Source: Lingula anatina
Taxonomy: Eukaryota > Animalia > Brachiopoda
NCBI GenBank assembly: GCA_051362555.1
Contig: CM120641.1
Coordinates: forward strand, 48,428,401 to 48,492,400
Direction of reading: 5' to 3'
Length of the DNA: 64,000 bases
Shown: positions 16,511-31,200 of the stretch, one piece after another
Position numbering within the stretch: position 1 is the first letter of the stretch
How the letters are laid out: each line of letters begins with the position of its first letter
Translations under genes and position numbers: made by a program
The notes under the pieces: model-generated
Databases searched by the model: none
The model's input: the letters and a program-made list of their open reading frames with translations, nothing else
What the model was told of the DNA's origin: nothing

Positions 16511-19500
16511 CTATTCTACATCCATCTGAAAACAGAAATACCAGTCATAGTAAAAAAAAAAGAAAAAAAGCTTTTCATCAAAAACTAGTATATCAATTAC
16601 CTTTCACTTTTCCTTTTCTAGACAATTGTTTTTTAAGAACTGAATTTGTAAATATTATTGACATTGACCAAAAGGCACCCGACTTTTAAGGGAAAACTAA
16701 ATGTATTCAATACATTATGTGAACCAGTTACAAATATTTAATTGAATAAAATAAATCAAATTAGAATAAAATAAAAATTAATAAATTAAAATAATAATAA
16801 TAATTCAAGGCAAGTGGTATTTAAACAGCAGGCCCTGTTGGGTGCTATACCATGTGTTGGGTGCTATACCATGGGGCCATGTCTTGGCTGTGAGCTAACC
16901 TTAGCATTATAGGCATCCAACTGTGCATCTAATTCCTCTGCTGTAGGTGTTTTGCGATTCTGACCCCCACGCCCGCCTCTTCCCCTGCCTCGTCCACCAC
17001 CACCACCACGCCCCTGGCCGCCACGGAAACCACGCCTAGCAAAAACAATTTATACACTTTCCAAATAGGATCTAGAATGTTTAAATTTACTGTGGTGTAA
17101 TGTATGTGAGAATATAGTTTACATAAATTCATCCTGAAAAGGGACCTATAATGCCTAAATTTCACAAACATGTGCTTATACATATGCAAGTAAAATTCAC
17201 AGTGATCCAAACTTAGAGCCATGGGTCAACAAAATATATATTATACCAGCACACAGACACTAATTCAGATTTCTCTTTGCTTACCTGCCAAAGCCTCCGC
17301 CTCCTCTAGGTCTGTTGCCATAGTTACCACCTCCCCCTAACCTCTGCTGGGGTGTTTGTGTTGCTGCGGGTGCTCCTACCAGTTGTATGCTCATGGCCCT
17401 GCCTGAAGTACAGTGAGGTTTGTGGGGTTATATATAAATATATAGATATATAAAATTTATATAAAATGACTGTGGAATAGTTTAACTCGAGTCAGTATGC
17501 TAATATTACCCTGCCTGAATTACAGTGATGTTTGTTGGGATATAAATATAGTGATATACAAGATTTTACAAAAAGTTATTGAGGGACACAGTTTAACTGT
17601 AGTCTGTATGCTTATGACTCTGCCTGAAATAGTAAGGTTTGTTGGGATATGTTTATATATATAAAGATATATAAGATCTGCAATAATATCACTGTGGAAG
17701 ACAGTTTAACTTCAGCTTGGTCTTGTGGCTTGTTTTCTGAGAATGTAATGAAATAATCCACAGTCATCAATAAGATAGCATATTGAAGGAAAACTTGGTT
17801 CCATATCGTCTCTTGTTCACTTAACAGATAGCAGTTTGATGAGAATTGTTGGTCTACATCTATTCAGGCTGACACTGCATTTAAATAAGAAAGATTGTGA
17901 CTTAGGTATAAATGGGATGAAAATTATAAAAAGGTTTTAGTTAATCCTGCTAAATACGACATGACTATTCTATCACAACCTACCATCAAGAGGAACATTG
18001 TTATACTGTTTCATTGCTTTTGCTGCATCCGTCCGTCTTTCAAAGATGACCTCTGCTGTACCAAGTGACCTTCCAGACCTGTCATAGTGGACAGCTGCTT
18101 TTCTTAGTGGACCAAACTCTGCAAACAATTCCTAGGAACAGAAATGTTTATGAATAGTGGTCATAGGTTAACAACTTAACACAATCAATATAGACATTTT
18201 CTGTTTTCTGTTATTTTGGTGTAAATTCTGCTTATGTGTCCGATCTGACATTTCATTAGGTGTGACAATAACAACATCAAGATTAATTTACCAAAGATGG
18301 TAAGTATTCTGGTATTCAGCTCACCTGAATATCTGAGTCATTTACTCCAAAATCTAGATTAGACACCAGTAACTTTCCAGACCCGCCTCCTTGTGTTTGT
18401 AGTCCACCGCCGCCTCTCTTCATCCCTCCTGCACCGCCATCAAATAGGTCATGTTGCCAGACATCTGGCATCTGTTTGGGCTACAATATACCACAGGTTA
18501 TAATGCATAATAAACAAATCACATTTCAGCAGAGAGAGAGAAAGAAAGAGAGAGAGAGAGAGAGATGGAGAGAGAGAGAAGATAGCTGCCAAAATAAATA
18601 ATTCAACAAATGGACAACTAATCCCAAAGCCATTATCAGATAGAAATTAATATAGCCTCTGATGATATTAATGATTTGCTGTTTTCATATTGAATTTTAT
18701 AGCCTTTCACTGCCCTTTGTATCAATGTTCATAGCTACACATTTTGAAGATGTATAAAAGGCTTGATTCTATACCCAAGTTGTTCCATTCAATATTTTAG
18801 AGCCTATGTATATATTATGAAGCCAGGAGACATAGATAACATAGCCCTAGGGAGAAATCAGACATTAATAATATTGACAGGATCCTTAATGCATTAACCT
18901 AATACATTTGCTTTTTTGTGACATTTCAAAAGGGGGGAGGGGGGTATAAAAAACACTAGTTTTCTACTAAACAGTCTGGGCAATAAGAACTGGTAGTTAC
19001 TAGTATGCATATAAAACAGCAACCAAATTATATTGCTAAAGATAATGGTGAAAATGATTTCTATGACCAAAACCCCTCTTTTTTCTGATTACATGTAGAT
19101 CTTTAAACTTCATAAAATGCTGACTGCTGAAAAACTCAGTGATTATCATTTGCTGTTGATCATCTGATCATGACCATATCATCTGGTTCAATGACCCTAT
19201 CAAATCCTCTGATCCATCAAATTTGTATGCGATAACACAGTTTTCATGTGCTCACAGTTTCCCCCTAATGGTTTCTGCTCTGAATTAACAAATTAATATG
19301 GAAAACATGAAAAGAAGTGAAAGAGACAGAAGATATCTAAGGCTAATGTACTGCCAACAGAATTCAGCAGTTGGAAGTGTTTTAGGAGTAAAAGCATGCT
19401 GGTGAAAAGTGATCTATCCATATGTACTGTGAAGTGATGCTTGTGAAGTCAAAGTCAAAGGCCTGAAGCTTCTCATACTTATCAGACAAAGATTTAAAAC

Positions 19501-19872
19501 CGAATACAATCCTCCTCCAGAAAACAGTTTATGTTAAAACAAAAGAAGTGAACGTTAGAAGATAATGGAAGGAGGCCCAGAGGCTGGCAAAGGGGGCAGA
19601 ATAATCGAAATCCAGTCTCAGCAGGGAACAGATATTCTCATATAGTCTATGAATAAACGAAGCAGCACACTCACTCTCTGGTAAGGAGTTGGTCGACCCC
19701 CTCCACGTCCACCTCTCTTTTGTACACCACCGCCTCGCACGCCACCGACGCGTCCACCACCACCGCCGCCTCGTCGTTGACCGCCTCTGCCTCTACCTCT
19801 TCCTCCACCTCGTCCAGATTTTTTGTTCTGTGTGATGATATCATCAAGGCTCATATCAAGTTTGTCTGTCAT
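16511..19872 (-). CDS. ALYREF: THO complex subunit 4 / Aly/REF mRNA export factor (256 aa, 6 exons)
   Basis: Exons 19872-19675, 18480-18325, 18131-17984, 17402-17285, 17035-16900, 16525-16511 (771 nt). N-terminal box [16 protein letters not shown] region, WQHDLF motif, RRM ([45 protein letters not shown]), C-terminal box [19 protein letters not shown]. Confidence 0.97.
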
Positions 19873-20318
19873 TTTTGTAATTGTTACAGTCTGTTAAAAT
19901 AAAATGTCTTTGTGGACAAAGCCGCCGGCACACGATACACCAAAAAAAGAAAATGGCGGTCGTTTGGTCGCAATGGTAGATGGGAAATTTTAATTTGAAA
20001 TATAAAGTATTTCAGTTCACTCGAATCCAGTGTTAATAGCTGTTTTATTATCAGAGAGATTGTTTAATCAAAATAAAGCCAAGCATTACCACCTGATTTA
20101 ACAATAATCATATCATAAATAAGCAGACGAGTCTCGCATCTTCTCGCAGTCAATGTGACTTGGAATAATCTAAACAGAGCGGGATGTTGTGGTTGGGGTC
20201 TCATGGCACCGGTGCCGCTCTGCTTCCTGAACGGGCTGATGACCTCCTTTTACTGCGGGTTTTGATTGTAACGTAGTTTTAGGCAATTGCTTGAATTATG
20301 CGGAACTTGGCAGTAATC
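19873..20318. promoter_or_regulatory. Divergent promoter region between ALYREF and the RGS gene
   Basis: Start codons are 447 bp apart, head-to-head. YY1-type AAAATGGCGG at ~19950 and CpG-enriched sequence. Confidence 0.55.
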
Positions 20319-23300
20319 ATGGCCGACAACGACGCTCACCAACATCCTCGGCACATGATGTACGCTAAGGTGAGTGTCTCCATACACGGCAGGCTGTAGC
20401 GACATGCAATACATCAATACGGAATTCTTATCTTGGATTTTCACACTGTAACCTGTGCTTCCGTGTTAGGCTGTGTGAAGTTGTATCACGTTTATACATT
20501 GGGTTTTAAGTCAGTTCAAGTAGTATGTGTAAATAAATTCTATTCTTTTTGCCTCAGTTTGTAAAAAATCAAACTAAAATAAATACAAATAAAAATAAAA
20601 AAGAATGTATTTTACATTTTATAAAAAAAGCTCAAGTTATATATAGTTGTGGTTTAAATTAGCATAAGCCCATTTATCAGGATAATTTCAGCTTAAGAAT
20701 GAAAACCAAAACAAATCAATACTTGTAATAGTGTTAATTGTTAGACCATACTGTGACGGTAATTAAGCTGGGTGAACAATAGAAATAAAAACCGTCAATT
20801 TAGAGGGTGACTAGGAAGTAGATTTTGTACTGAAAGTGTTGTGAAATTTTCATTTTCGCTTTTGCTTTCACAGGAAACATTTTTACATCTCTCCATCTTA
20901 CCCCCCTTCCCATATCACTTTGTCTTTTTCCTATATTTTCTAATTTGTAATGTGTTGATAAGAAATCATGCAGTGTTATGACAAAACAAATGTTGAAATA
21001 GTTGATGTATAATCTTTCATAGGTGTGTTGATAGACTAGTTGTGAATGTTTGCTCCCACGCATGTATTGGCAGATCATGAGATAATGTATTGTTATGAAC
21101 ACCTGTATACTGACTGGAGTACATATGTTGGACCTAAGAAGGCTATTGGTTATAAACTTGTTCAATCACCAGTAAATAATTAAGGTATTCTTAGAGTTAT
21201 GTTTTTTTTTTTTTAATTAAAAAGTTTCAGTTGCGTTCTTCGGGTTATTTTTTTTTTTAAATTAAAAGCATTTAGCTTTAAAATGATAGATAAAACATAA
21301 TGTATGTGGAAAGATAATTAAATTAAAAAAAAGATTTTTAAAAAGATTTTAGAAAATTGAAGAAATAAAAAATCAAGATCCTCTGTTCTTTTTGTTACTT
21401 TATACTATGGAGCTGTGTTGAATACTACATTAGCAATAAATGAATTATAAATAGATAAATAATACTCAGAAAGATATCCTTTGTAGTTCACTTTTTATTT
21501 GATTCAGTAAAGTAACACTGGATCCTCTCAGTGCTAGGCAGGATGATTAAAGATTTATAACCAAATTCCAGGGAAAGGTAGACTTAGAGGTCAATGTAAT
21601 AATGAAAGTATGGTATTATTTGCCACTTATATATTGATGATTTGTGACACGTCTGAGCAGTAATGACCTGTTCGGTAAAGTGAAAAAATTCGTCTGAAAA
21701 CAATCTGCACTATGAGGAAGGTTACGAGTTTGATCAGATTTGTTAATAGCCAGATTCTGTCGGCTTTGTCACTCATCACAGTAAAATTGTGTTTTCCCCT
21801 CAGGTAATGCCAGAAATACATAAATTAACAAAAAATGTCATTTTTATAGGTACTTATTTGGACATTATATGCAATGAAGACTTATCAAAATCATTCAGCT
21901 AAGCTTTCCACAGCAGTCGTGGATTTGTTACTGCTCTAAATATACATTGTAAAGTACAGGGGTACTTTATTTACTAGGATGCATAGAATGTTTTTTTTCA
22001 TGGCTTTTTAAAAATTAAAAAAAATTTTTTTTTCAAATTTGCAAAGTATCCTCCCTGCCAATATTCTCGTTTCCCATATTATAACAGTTTTTCATCTTTC
22101 TCCATTCAGACCAATTCATAAGAGAACATGTTGAAAAAATTGCCCTTAGAGATCAAATCATGACAAATTTATTACTCCAGAGTACATTTATGGGAGATGA
22201 GGTCAAAATGTGCCATGATTCAACCATTTATTCAGGAATCACTGCATGAAACACTTTAGGGAAGAGGTGGTAGGCAAACAAAAAAAAAAAAGATTAAGTA
22301 ATAAATAATACTTAACCCGGTCTGCATGTCAGTAGTTTGAAACCTTTAATGAAGTTTTATCAGCAACCAACTGTCTGTTAGCCTTAGTGTTTGCTTACAG
22401 TTTTGAACTGAAGTCTTGAATTGAAGTTCATTCATTTAACAAGAGAGATGTGTTGGTTGTGGTACAAAGGGGGTTGAGGTAAGGAACATCCCTGGGGGAA
22501 TTTAATGTCAGAGATCTGATTGAATTTCTTATTTGACACCTGAGCAGTGCATTCAATGTTTTAAACACAGGAAATGGCTGTAACTGCAGCCACTGTAAGT
22601 GACAAAATAAAATAAAATATATTTGTTAGAAATGTAGAAGAAATTTTACCACTCTCTCTCTCTGTCTTTTTTGAAATAGCACATATTTCCTTCTCCCATG
22701 GTATGAAAATCATTACAGTTAAGATGAAAAGAACCAGAAAATGAGCTTTTTAGTTGTGTCTGTTAGTGTTTATAGCTTGGCCATTTTTCAGTCATAAACA
22801 TGCAAGTAAAATTTCCTGGCGGGGCATAAAAGTGCAGTACTGTTTTCTTTTTTATTCATTTTTACTAGATGCATCAGTGATCAAAACAATTAAAAGCCCA
22901 GTGAGTATAATATTCTGGCTTTCATATCCGAAACATATGGTGTTAAACGTGGTAATTATCATTAAGGTAATGACTCCAATTAAGCGGTAATATTGATTGG
23001 CAAAGCTGTTGAGTCCTAAGTCGAAGCAATATGATTTGGATAGCATACATGTTTAATGCCGCAAGGAGGGTTTTGGTTCAAATTCAAATGTAAGAGGAAG
23101 CAAAATTGCTTATTATAAAGTTCATCTTTTTTCAAGATTTTTTTTCTAGAAAATGTTACATTGCTATACATAGTAATGTGGAACTGGAAATATGGTAGAC
23201 ATATAGTAAGACGTAGAAAACATGCTAGGTTATAGAGTTTATGAGGGAGTTACAGTATATGTGGCAGGTCAGAGAGTGTATATGGGAGTATATGTGGCAG

Positions 23301-26300
23301 GTAAGAGAGTATATATTGGAGTATCTGGGCAGGTCAGAGAGTATATATTGGAGTATATGTGGCAGGTCAGAGAGTGTATATGGGAGTATATGTGGCAGGT
23401 AAGAGAGTATATATTGGAGTATCTGGGCAGGTCAGAGAGTATATATTGGAGTATATGTGGCAGGTCAGAGAGTGTATATGGGAGTATATGTGGCAAGTCA
23501 GAATATATGTAGGAGTATCTGGGCAGGTCAGAGAGTATATATATGGGTGTATATGTGGCAGGTCAGAGAGTGTATATGGGTGTATATGTGGCAGGTCAGA
23601 GAGTTTATGTAGGAGTATATGTGGCAAGTCAGAGAGTATATATGGGAGTATATGTGGCAAGTCAGAGAGTATATATGGGAGTATATGTGGCAAGTCAGAG
23701 AGTATATGTAGGAGTATCTGGGTAGGTCAGAGAGTATATATGGGTGTATATGTGGCAGGTCAGAGAGTATATATGGGTGTATATGTGGCAAGTCAGAGAG
23801 CGTATATGGGAGTATACGTGGCAGGTCAGAGAGTGTATATGGGAGTATATGTGGCAGGTCAGTGAGTATATATGGGAGTATATGTGGCAGGTCAGAGAGT
23901 ATATATGGGAGTTTATATGGCAGGTCAGAGAGTGTATATGGGAGTATATGTGGCAGGTCAGAGAGTGTATATGGGAGTTTATATGGCAGGTCAGAGAGTG
24001 TATATGGGAGTATATGTGGCAGGTCAGAGAGTGTATATGGGAGTAAATGTGGCAGGTCATAGAGTATATGGGAGTATATGTGGCAGGTAAGAGAGTTTTT
24101 GTAGAAGTATATGTGGCAAGTCAGAGAGTATATATGGGAGTATATGTGGAAGGTCATAGAGTATATATGGGAGTAAATGTGGCAGGTCATAGAGTATATG
24201 GGAGTATATGTGGCAGGTAAGAGAGTTTATGTAGAAGTATATGTGGCAAGTCAGAGAGTATATATGGGAGTATATGTGGCAGGTCAGAGAGTTTATGTAG
24301 GAGTATATGTGGCAGGTCAGAGAGAGTATATGGGAGTGTATGTGGCAGGTTATAGAAAGCTGAAGTCAGAGTATATGTGTCACATTTGGAGAGTATTGGA
24401 GTTATATACTGTATATGTGGCAAAGATTAATTTGAAGAATTTCTATATGGAGACTTGTTTAGCTGTATTTAATATATGACATGCTGCAGAAAGTTCACGT
24501 TTGTCCAAACACAACCAAACAAGATTATTTATTACGTAAAAGAAACAGCAGTTGATTACTTTGTTTATTCAGATAGAATAGCCAAGAGCTGTGTATGTTA
24601 TATATATATATTTAGATCTTAAGTTATTTTCAGCTCCACCCTGTTGCCTCAATTGTCTGAGTCCTTCCTCACGCTATCACCTGGCTGACATTTTGTTGAA
24701 GATGTTTTCTGAGTGTTTGCACACTGAGTAGTGTGAACATATCAGTCATCTTGATCTTTTCCTTATATTATACCTTGGCCACAGCGTGCAGATGTGTTTC
24801 TGCTGTCATACATTGAACTAATACTTCTTAAAACAAGAAATGTTGAAAGCCCTTAAGTCAAATAATTTCCTTTTTTAGAGGCCTTTCTATCTCCATCCTT
24901 TTTTTTTTTTACTTTCCGTGATAAGCATTGATTTATGAGCGCAACATTGGTAATTCTTTGTGAAGCATTTTTAAGGAACATTTAGTTCTTTCATCTTGGG
25001 ATAGAATACAAATATATACCCTTTAGAATTCAATTTCTAGGTATATTATACGTAGTAGTATAGATTGGGAGTGACATAGACATCTGCAAATTTACTTTTT
25101 ATCTTGTGTAACCCTCCTTCAAACCCCCCCCCCCCCCCACACACACACACACACATACACACATGATATTCACTCAAACGGAAGAAATTTAGTTTTAACC
25201 TTGTGTAAACCCCCCCACATGCCCCCCCCCCACACACACACACATTCACTGACTGTACTGACTCCACTTCTATAGCAGTGTGGTATATATATATATATAT
25301 ATAGTAGAGCACTAACATTTTGCCGTTTCATTAGCAGTGAGGTACACTCCTTTCATATCCTACTTGACTTTCAAATGTTACACTGATGTCAGTCGACCCA
25401 GAGACTGGGCCACATTTCATCCTGGCTCCCTAGGCCTGCTTACACTGCCGCTCTGTGGAGAAATATTAGGAAGATGCATTATAGGTTGCCTGAGATGTTC
25501 ATTATATGTGAAAGCACTTGTGCCGTTTCCTGGAATTTAAGAAATATGTGGAGCACTCTTCAGTATTCTTAGAACCGTGTATGTTAGAAAAATGAGTGTG
25601 TACGTTACAAGTTTGTCTTTGATATGAGGAATATTTAAGGAGGAAGAAACACGGGTTTTTTTGGGTACCTTTGAATGTAAAAAAAAATAATAATAATAAA
25701 ATAAAATAAAATAAATCAAAAATAAAAAAGACACACCACCCTTTTCGTTGCTCAGAATATTTAGAAATGAACTTTCTAGGCAAATTCAAGGTATAACAAG
25801 ATTTACACAGTGTAAACATATGCAATCAAGCTATTGGCATCCACCTCTTTTGAGGTGGATTTTTTTCAGTGAACTGAGGAAACTAGATGGAACATTGATG
25901 ACAGTAGACAGTGACAGATCACTGTTAACAGTACTCTGTATGGTAGTGCATTTGACATTACGTTATCCATAACAAATAGTTACATCCATAATAAGATTAT
26001 GCATCATGAAATGACAGTGTTTTATATACATTAACATACTTGTACTCGTTTACTTACAATGGGGATTTACGTGCGTAGACTGAATCCTTCTTTCATGTTA
26101 CATTATGCCATATACGGAAAATGTTAATGATATCACTAAAACAAAATATCACTATTTGTAATTTTAAATGGAGATAAGTCTTTGGAGGTCCCATTGCTGT
26201 CTTGTTTTAAAGTATTTTGGTGTATAATGATATTATATCAGTAGTGATCCCTTTCAGGCCTGTAGCCGGGGTGAGGGGGGGGGGTCAGAAGAACCACCCT

Positions 26301-28208
26301 TTTTGTCAGGAAAAGGTCCATTCTGATCTATGTTCACTGTGAAAAGTTAACTTTTTTGGAAATTGCTGGCTACGGGCCTGATTCTTTACTAATTAATTTG
26401 ATATTAATTATACCTATTAGTTGAATTTTTCTTTGGTATTTTCATGCAAGACTTGCTGTTGAAAATATGGCACTTAAAAGGTCTTCAACTTGATTTGCAA
26501 GAAATGCCAAATTCTTGGCTGAAGTGTCTAAATTTTTTTGCAGGTCTTTGAGTGTCAATTAGATCATTTATATATGGAGGACTCCCATTTAGAAGCTCTG
26601 AAGGAAACAGCAGTCTTCTTATCTTTTCTAATTGAATCATTGCCACAGAGTGTTTGTAGGATGTTCTCTTCAGGGGTTTTGGTGGGGTTTATTTGCAGCA
26701 GAGTCCATATCTCTTGTATTCTTTGCCAAAAGTGCAGCCTTTTAATTTCTGGTGAATATTTTACTGAAAGAAATTTCCAGGAGGAATAAAGAATGTCTTT
26801 AACTGGACAAAGCTAAGCCTTCAAGATCAAAATTTTGTATCAGGGACTTAAAAGTTCACATTTTCATAGGAATTGATCATAACCCTTTATTTTATCCTTT
26901 TTGTTACTCTGAATAAAGAGATGAAAATTTCCTTTAGTCCCTTAAGATGTAATTGCACTTAATGTCTTTATTGAAATATCTTTATGTATGCCATTCTTTG
27001 TTTAGGATTATTTTTGAAGTTACTGCCTTTATTTCAAAAAAAATTATAGAAACTTGAAGCTTCTCACAAAAGTTATTATAATTCCATACTACTTGTCTCT
27101 GTTCATAGTTCACCACAAGACTGGGAGGTTTGGGAGAAAAATCCCAGCTTGTTAAGAGCACCATGCTATGAATTCTGATCAAGGACAGATGAAGTTGTCA
27201 TCATATTGCGTGATGTGCAGAGTTAGTTTGCAAGATGCCTTTATTGGTTGGTGCAAGTGTACTACAGTTTGCACAGTTTTATACCAATAATGCTGGGGTA
27301 GTGCTAACACTCGCCAATTTAGCCAAATGCTAAAATTAACTTTCAAATTGACAAAAAAGTGGTGATTTGGCTTAGCAAAAAATAATGCTATCGTTTCCCC
27401 AGTAATGGATTTGTATTGTGACAGTGGATTCCATTGTCTGGCTCCTTGGGAAATTGTGAAGAATTCTGAAACACAGGAGTAGAGTTGTGGCCCAGGATTG
27501 AGTGCCTTTGCCAAAATTAATAAATTTGTAGATACTGCATCCAATATGTATGACCACTCAACCCAGTTGAATGCTTTTTCAGAGTCAGAAAGCAAATTTT
27601 AGCTCATCTGTCCTCTTTTTTGTCTCACACACACACACACATACACACACACACACAGTGTCACACCAACTCACATATGCATGTATGCACGTAGGCATAC
27701 AACACACCTCAAGGTAAAAGTAGTTGACTTAATCCAAATATTTGGGCTGTTATAATATACAAGGAAGAGACTCTGATCTATGCTTTAAATCAGAAATCCA
27801 TTTTTTCTTGGTGATTTTCTTTCTCAAGCAGTCCCCAAACTGTTGGTCATCATATAGGTCACCACGTAATTTTTTTTCTTGTTTCTTACATTTTATCCAA
27901 AATATTTTCTGGAGCCTGAAGTATATCATATACACAGAACACTTACTAGTAATGAGCAGCATGCATGTATTGGCGTTGTGCTATAGATTTTCCTAACAAA
28001 TGATATTTTACGGTTAATATTCTTGCTTAATGAGCCTGATTTATAAAGTGGAATATTGAAAACTTCATTATTTGTCTGTGGAAAGGAAAAGACCAATCAA
28101 TAGATGAAGGCGATTATAATTCTATAAATTTTGTGTCTGCGGCTGAGGTCTATTCCATCTCATGGGAGATAGATGAATTGAATCTACTTTTCCAAAGGCA
28201 TAGTGCAC

Positions 28209-28254
<46 letters not shown>

Positions 28255-31200
28255 TTGCAAACAGTGTCAAGGTAATAAAGGATATATGCTTTGCTCTAAA
28301 CATGTTAATAACTAGAGCTCCGTGAAGTTCTGCTTTTAAACATAGCTGGCTTATTTTCATGGCGGCTGCGGTTGCCAAAATTGCACTACAGCTAAGGTGT
28401 ACAGTGTTAGATTTCATTCCCTTTGAAATAGTCTTTAGATTTATTAATATTTACATTCTTTAGTATGGTTGTCCTTACACTGAGTATCTGTAACAGTGCA
28501 TCCATCCTTGCAAGTTTTACTGTGCGTAATTAGCTACAGGTCTGGAATAAAACCAAACCACAAATGCGATACTCCTATCCTGTCAACTTAAGGAACAGTC
28601 ATCTGTCTGTTATTTCCCAATTGTAAATTTAGTTTCAAATATGGTGCTATTGATTTTTTTAAACACCCTGATTACCAGCAAGGTCTGTCGTAGGAGATGT
28701 TTGCGTGTTGGCCCAGGAATGGCGGAGAAAGCTGACAGTGATGGATACGCTGGCCTCCACTGACCAGCATTAGTTGATGGAGCCTTTTGAATAAATGCTA
28801 CAGCATTAATATTGACAGCACATAATTCAATATTGCAATAGGATGAACTGAATATTATTCAGTGAGAAGAGTGTAAAATAACCAAAATTTGGGAACTCTC
28901 CTATTCGTTTTCAAGTTCTTGTGACCCTTCCTCATAATACACTGTAGCAAACTTGCACCCATAGCCTATTGGGCAGAAAACATTTGCATTATACCACACA
29001 TGTCTGTTTGTAAAAATTGGAAAGCAATTTGATTTTTGTAAAAGTTATGTATTGCGATAAGAACATTCAGCTTTCTCAACCTGGTCTGCCACAAACTTTG
29101 AGAAAGGCATCTTGCAACCGTATTGTTCTTTTACAGTACAAGTTTTTGTCTAATCATCTAGGATCCCAGGGTAGCTATCTGCAGCTCAGAGTACAGTGAG
29201 CTGGAGTGAGGGAGAGATCATTGTTTTGTTCACATGGTAGGGAGCAACTGTTAAATTGTCCACATGTAGAGAAAGTGCTGTGAAGTGGAACTGTTGTAGG
29301 CTGCTGCTTCACAACCAAAGTTGATCAACAAACTAACAGATCCACAGATAAAATATTACTGCGTATTCCCTACTGGGAATTTTTTCCATGTTTACTGAGG
29401 AATTATGCAGCAAGCTATCAAGTCGGCAGCCATATTTGATCTGCGGATCTGTTAGTGTGTGGATCACCTTGTTCTGAATGTGCCCTTATTATAGTTATGG
29501 TAGTACAGCCCTGCTTCCTGCTTCCTGCTTTCCTTTTTTTTTTTTTTGCACATGACACTAACAAATAATCATATTTCTTAAAAATGAAAACTGATAAAGT
29601 GGCATTTTCCTTTGAATTTGAAGTTTTTAAGTGGATAATGTTATTGCAAAAAGAAACTACAGACTAATGCTGCTCATATGGGTTATAATACTAATCATGG
29701 TTAATGTGGATCGCTGATAATCTCACAAGATATTTTCTCCATTGGGATCACCCTTGTGTCAAAAAGTAAAGAAGGTGATTAGTGTATGGGGCTAGAAGTA
29801 TGCTGGGAAATAGATTTTGATTGATTATCTTAAACATATGAAGTTTTTCTTTAGTATGTTGTGTTAATTTAATTCTTAACTTCAAAAGATTGCATACAAA
29901 CATGTTGTCCAGACCATTTCTAGCCATTAAGCCTTTGAAGAAATTATTTTTTCACATGTTACCCCATTGTAAACTTCCATGTGACTAAGTGATTTTATTT
30001 ATTTATTTATGTTTTTATATATTTATGTATTCATATATCCATATATTTATTTATTACTTTCAAGAAATTGACAAATGTTGCACATAGTTTTGTACATTTT
30101 GAAATAGAATGCTCCACATTTGGTGCAAACCGTAACACTAACACCTTCAAGATCTGGACGAAAAACTGAAAATGTGTAAAACAAACTTGTACTTAGTATC
30201 AGATGCTTCATTTAACTTGACAACATAGGTTTTGCACTGGGAAAAATATACTTCCAGTCTGTGCCCAATGCTTTGCAACTCACAGACCCTCCAGGCCACC
30301 AGGGTCTGAGAATCTACTGCCCCGAACCAAGCTTCACTGGCCCAGGATCAATTAAAAAAAAAAAGTTAAAAAATTTGAAAATAAAAAATTTTAAATTAAC
30401 ACATTGAATTAAACAGTGTTAGTAATTAGGGTTTATTTTATATAAAAAAAGGAGCAAGGACCCTGCAGAGCTGTGTAAGTGATTATTGATATCATGGATT
30501 GCATTGTGACGGTATCAGGGTATCATGTTGGGGCCAGAGTCAATTAAGACAATTATAAGAAGCTTAATACAAGGTTTAATCTGGTCCTTTACCCAGTGCA
30601 GTTAGGACAATTTTATGACTTTGATAGCAATAGTCTTTACACGTAATTATGGAGGACTCATTATTAGCTCTAGGGCATCATTTAGTCAGAAATCGTGTAT
30701 TTATCAATTCCCATTTGTCCCAGTATTGCATATATGTGCATTTAAACTATTTAACAGTTGTCTCTATGATTATGGTGGAATAGAACTTGGATATACCATT
30801 GCTAGTTATTTAATACCACAGTCTGTCTATAATGTAGCAGCAAGTGGCACTGTATGACTTGCCTTGGGCCCAGGAGATTTAAATTGACAATAGACAGGCG
30901 AACAGTTCATGATTCATTTGATCCATTAGGCACAAGGGAATTCTGGGATTGATTTCTGGTCTGCGCCTAAACTTTTTTCCTGGAGAGGTAACTCAACTAC
31001 AGTACAGTAAAGCAGTGATCATTTTGTTTTTATGGTAAAAATTTTTTTGGACACTCTAGGCTCATTGGGTTATGTACTTTTACTTTAAAGGTGCCCAGGA
31101 TAATATTAAACTTGTAAACATTTTAAAAACTTTTCCTGGGGCAAAGGTGATTTTTTTCCTCCCACAAACCAACTTTTGACCTATTGGCAGTAACTCCTGA

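Noticed and set aside
23222-24479. Many overlapping repetitive ORFs on both strands (MGVYVAGQRVY..., LSDLPHILPY...)
   Set aside because: They are translations of a 33-bp minisatellite, open in several frames, with no splice or codon evidence of a gene.
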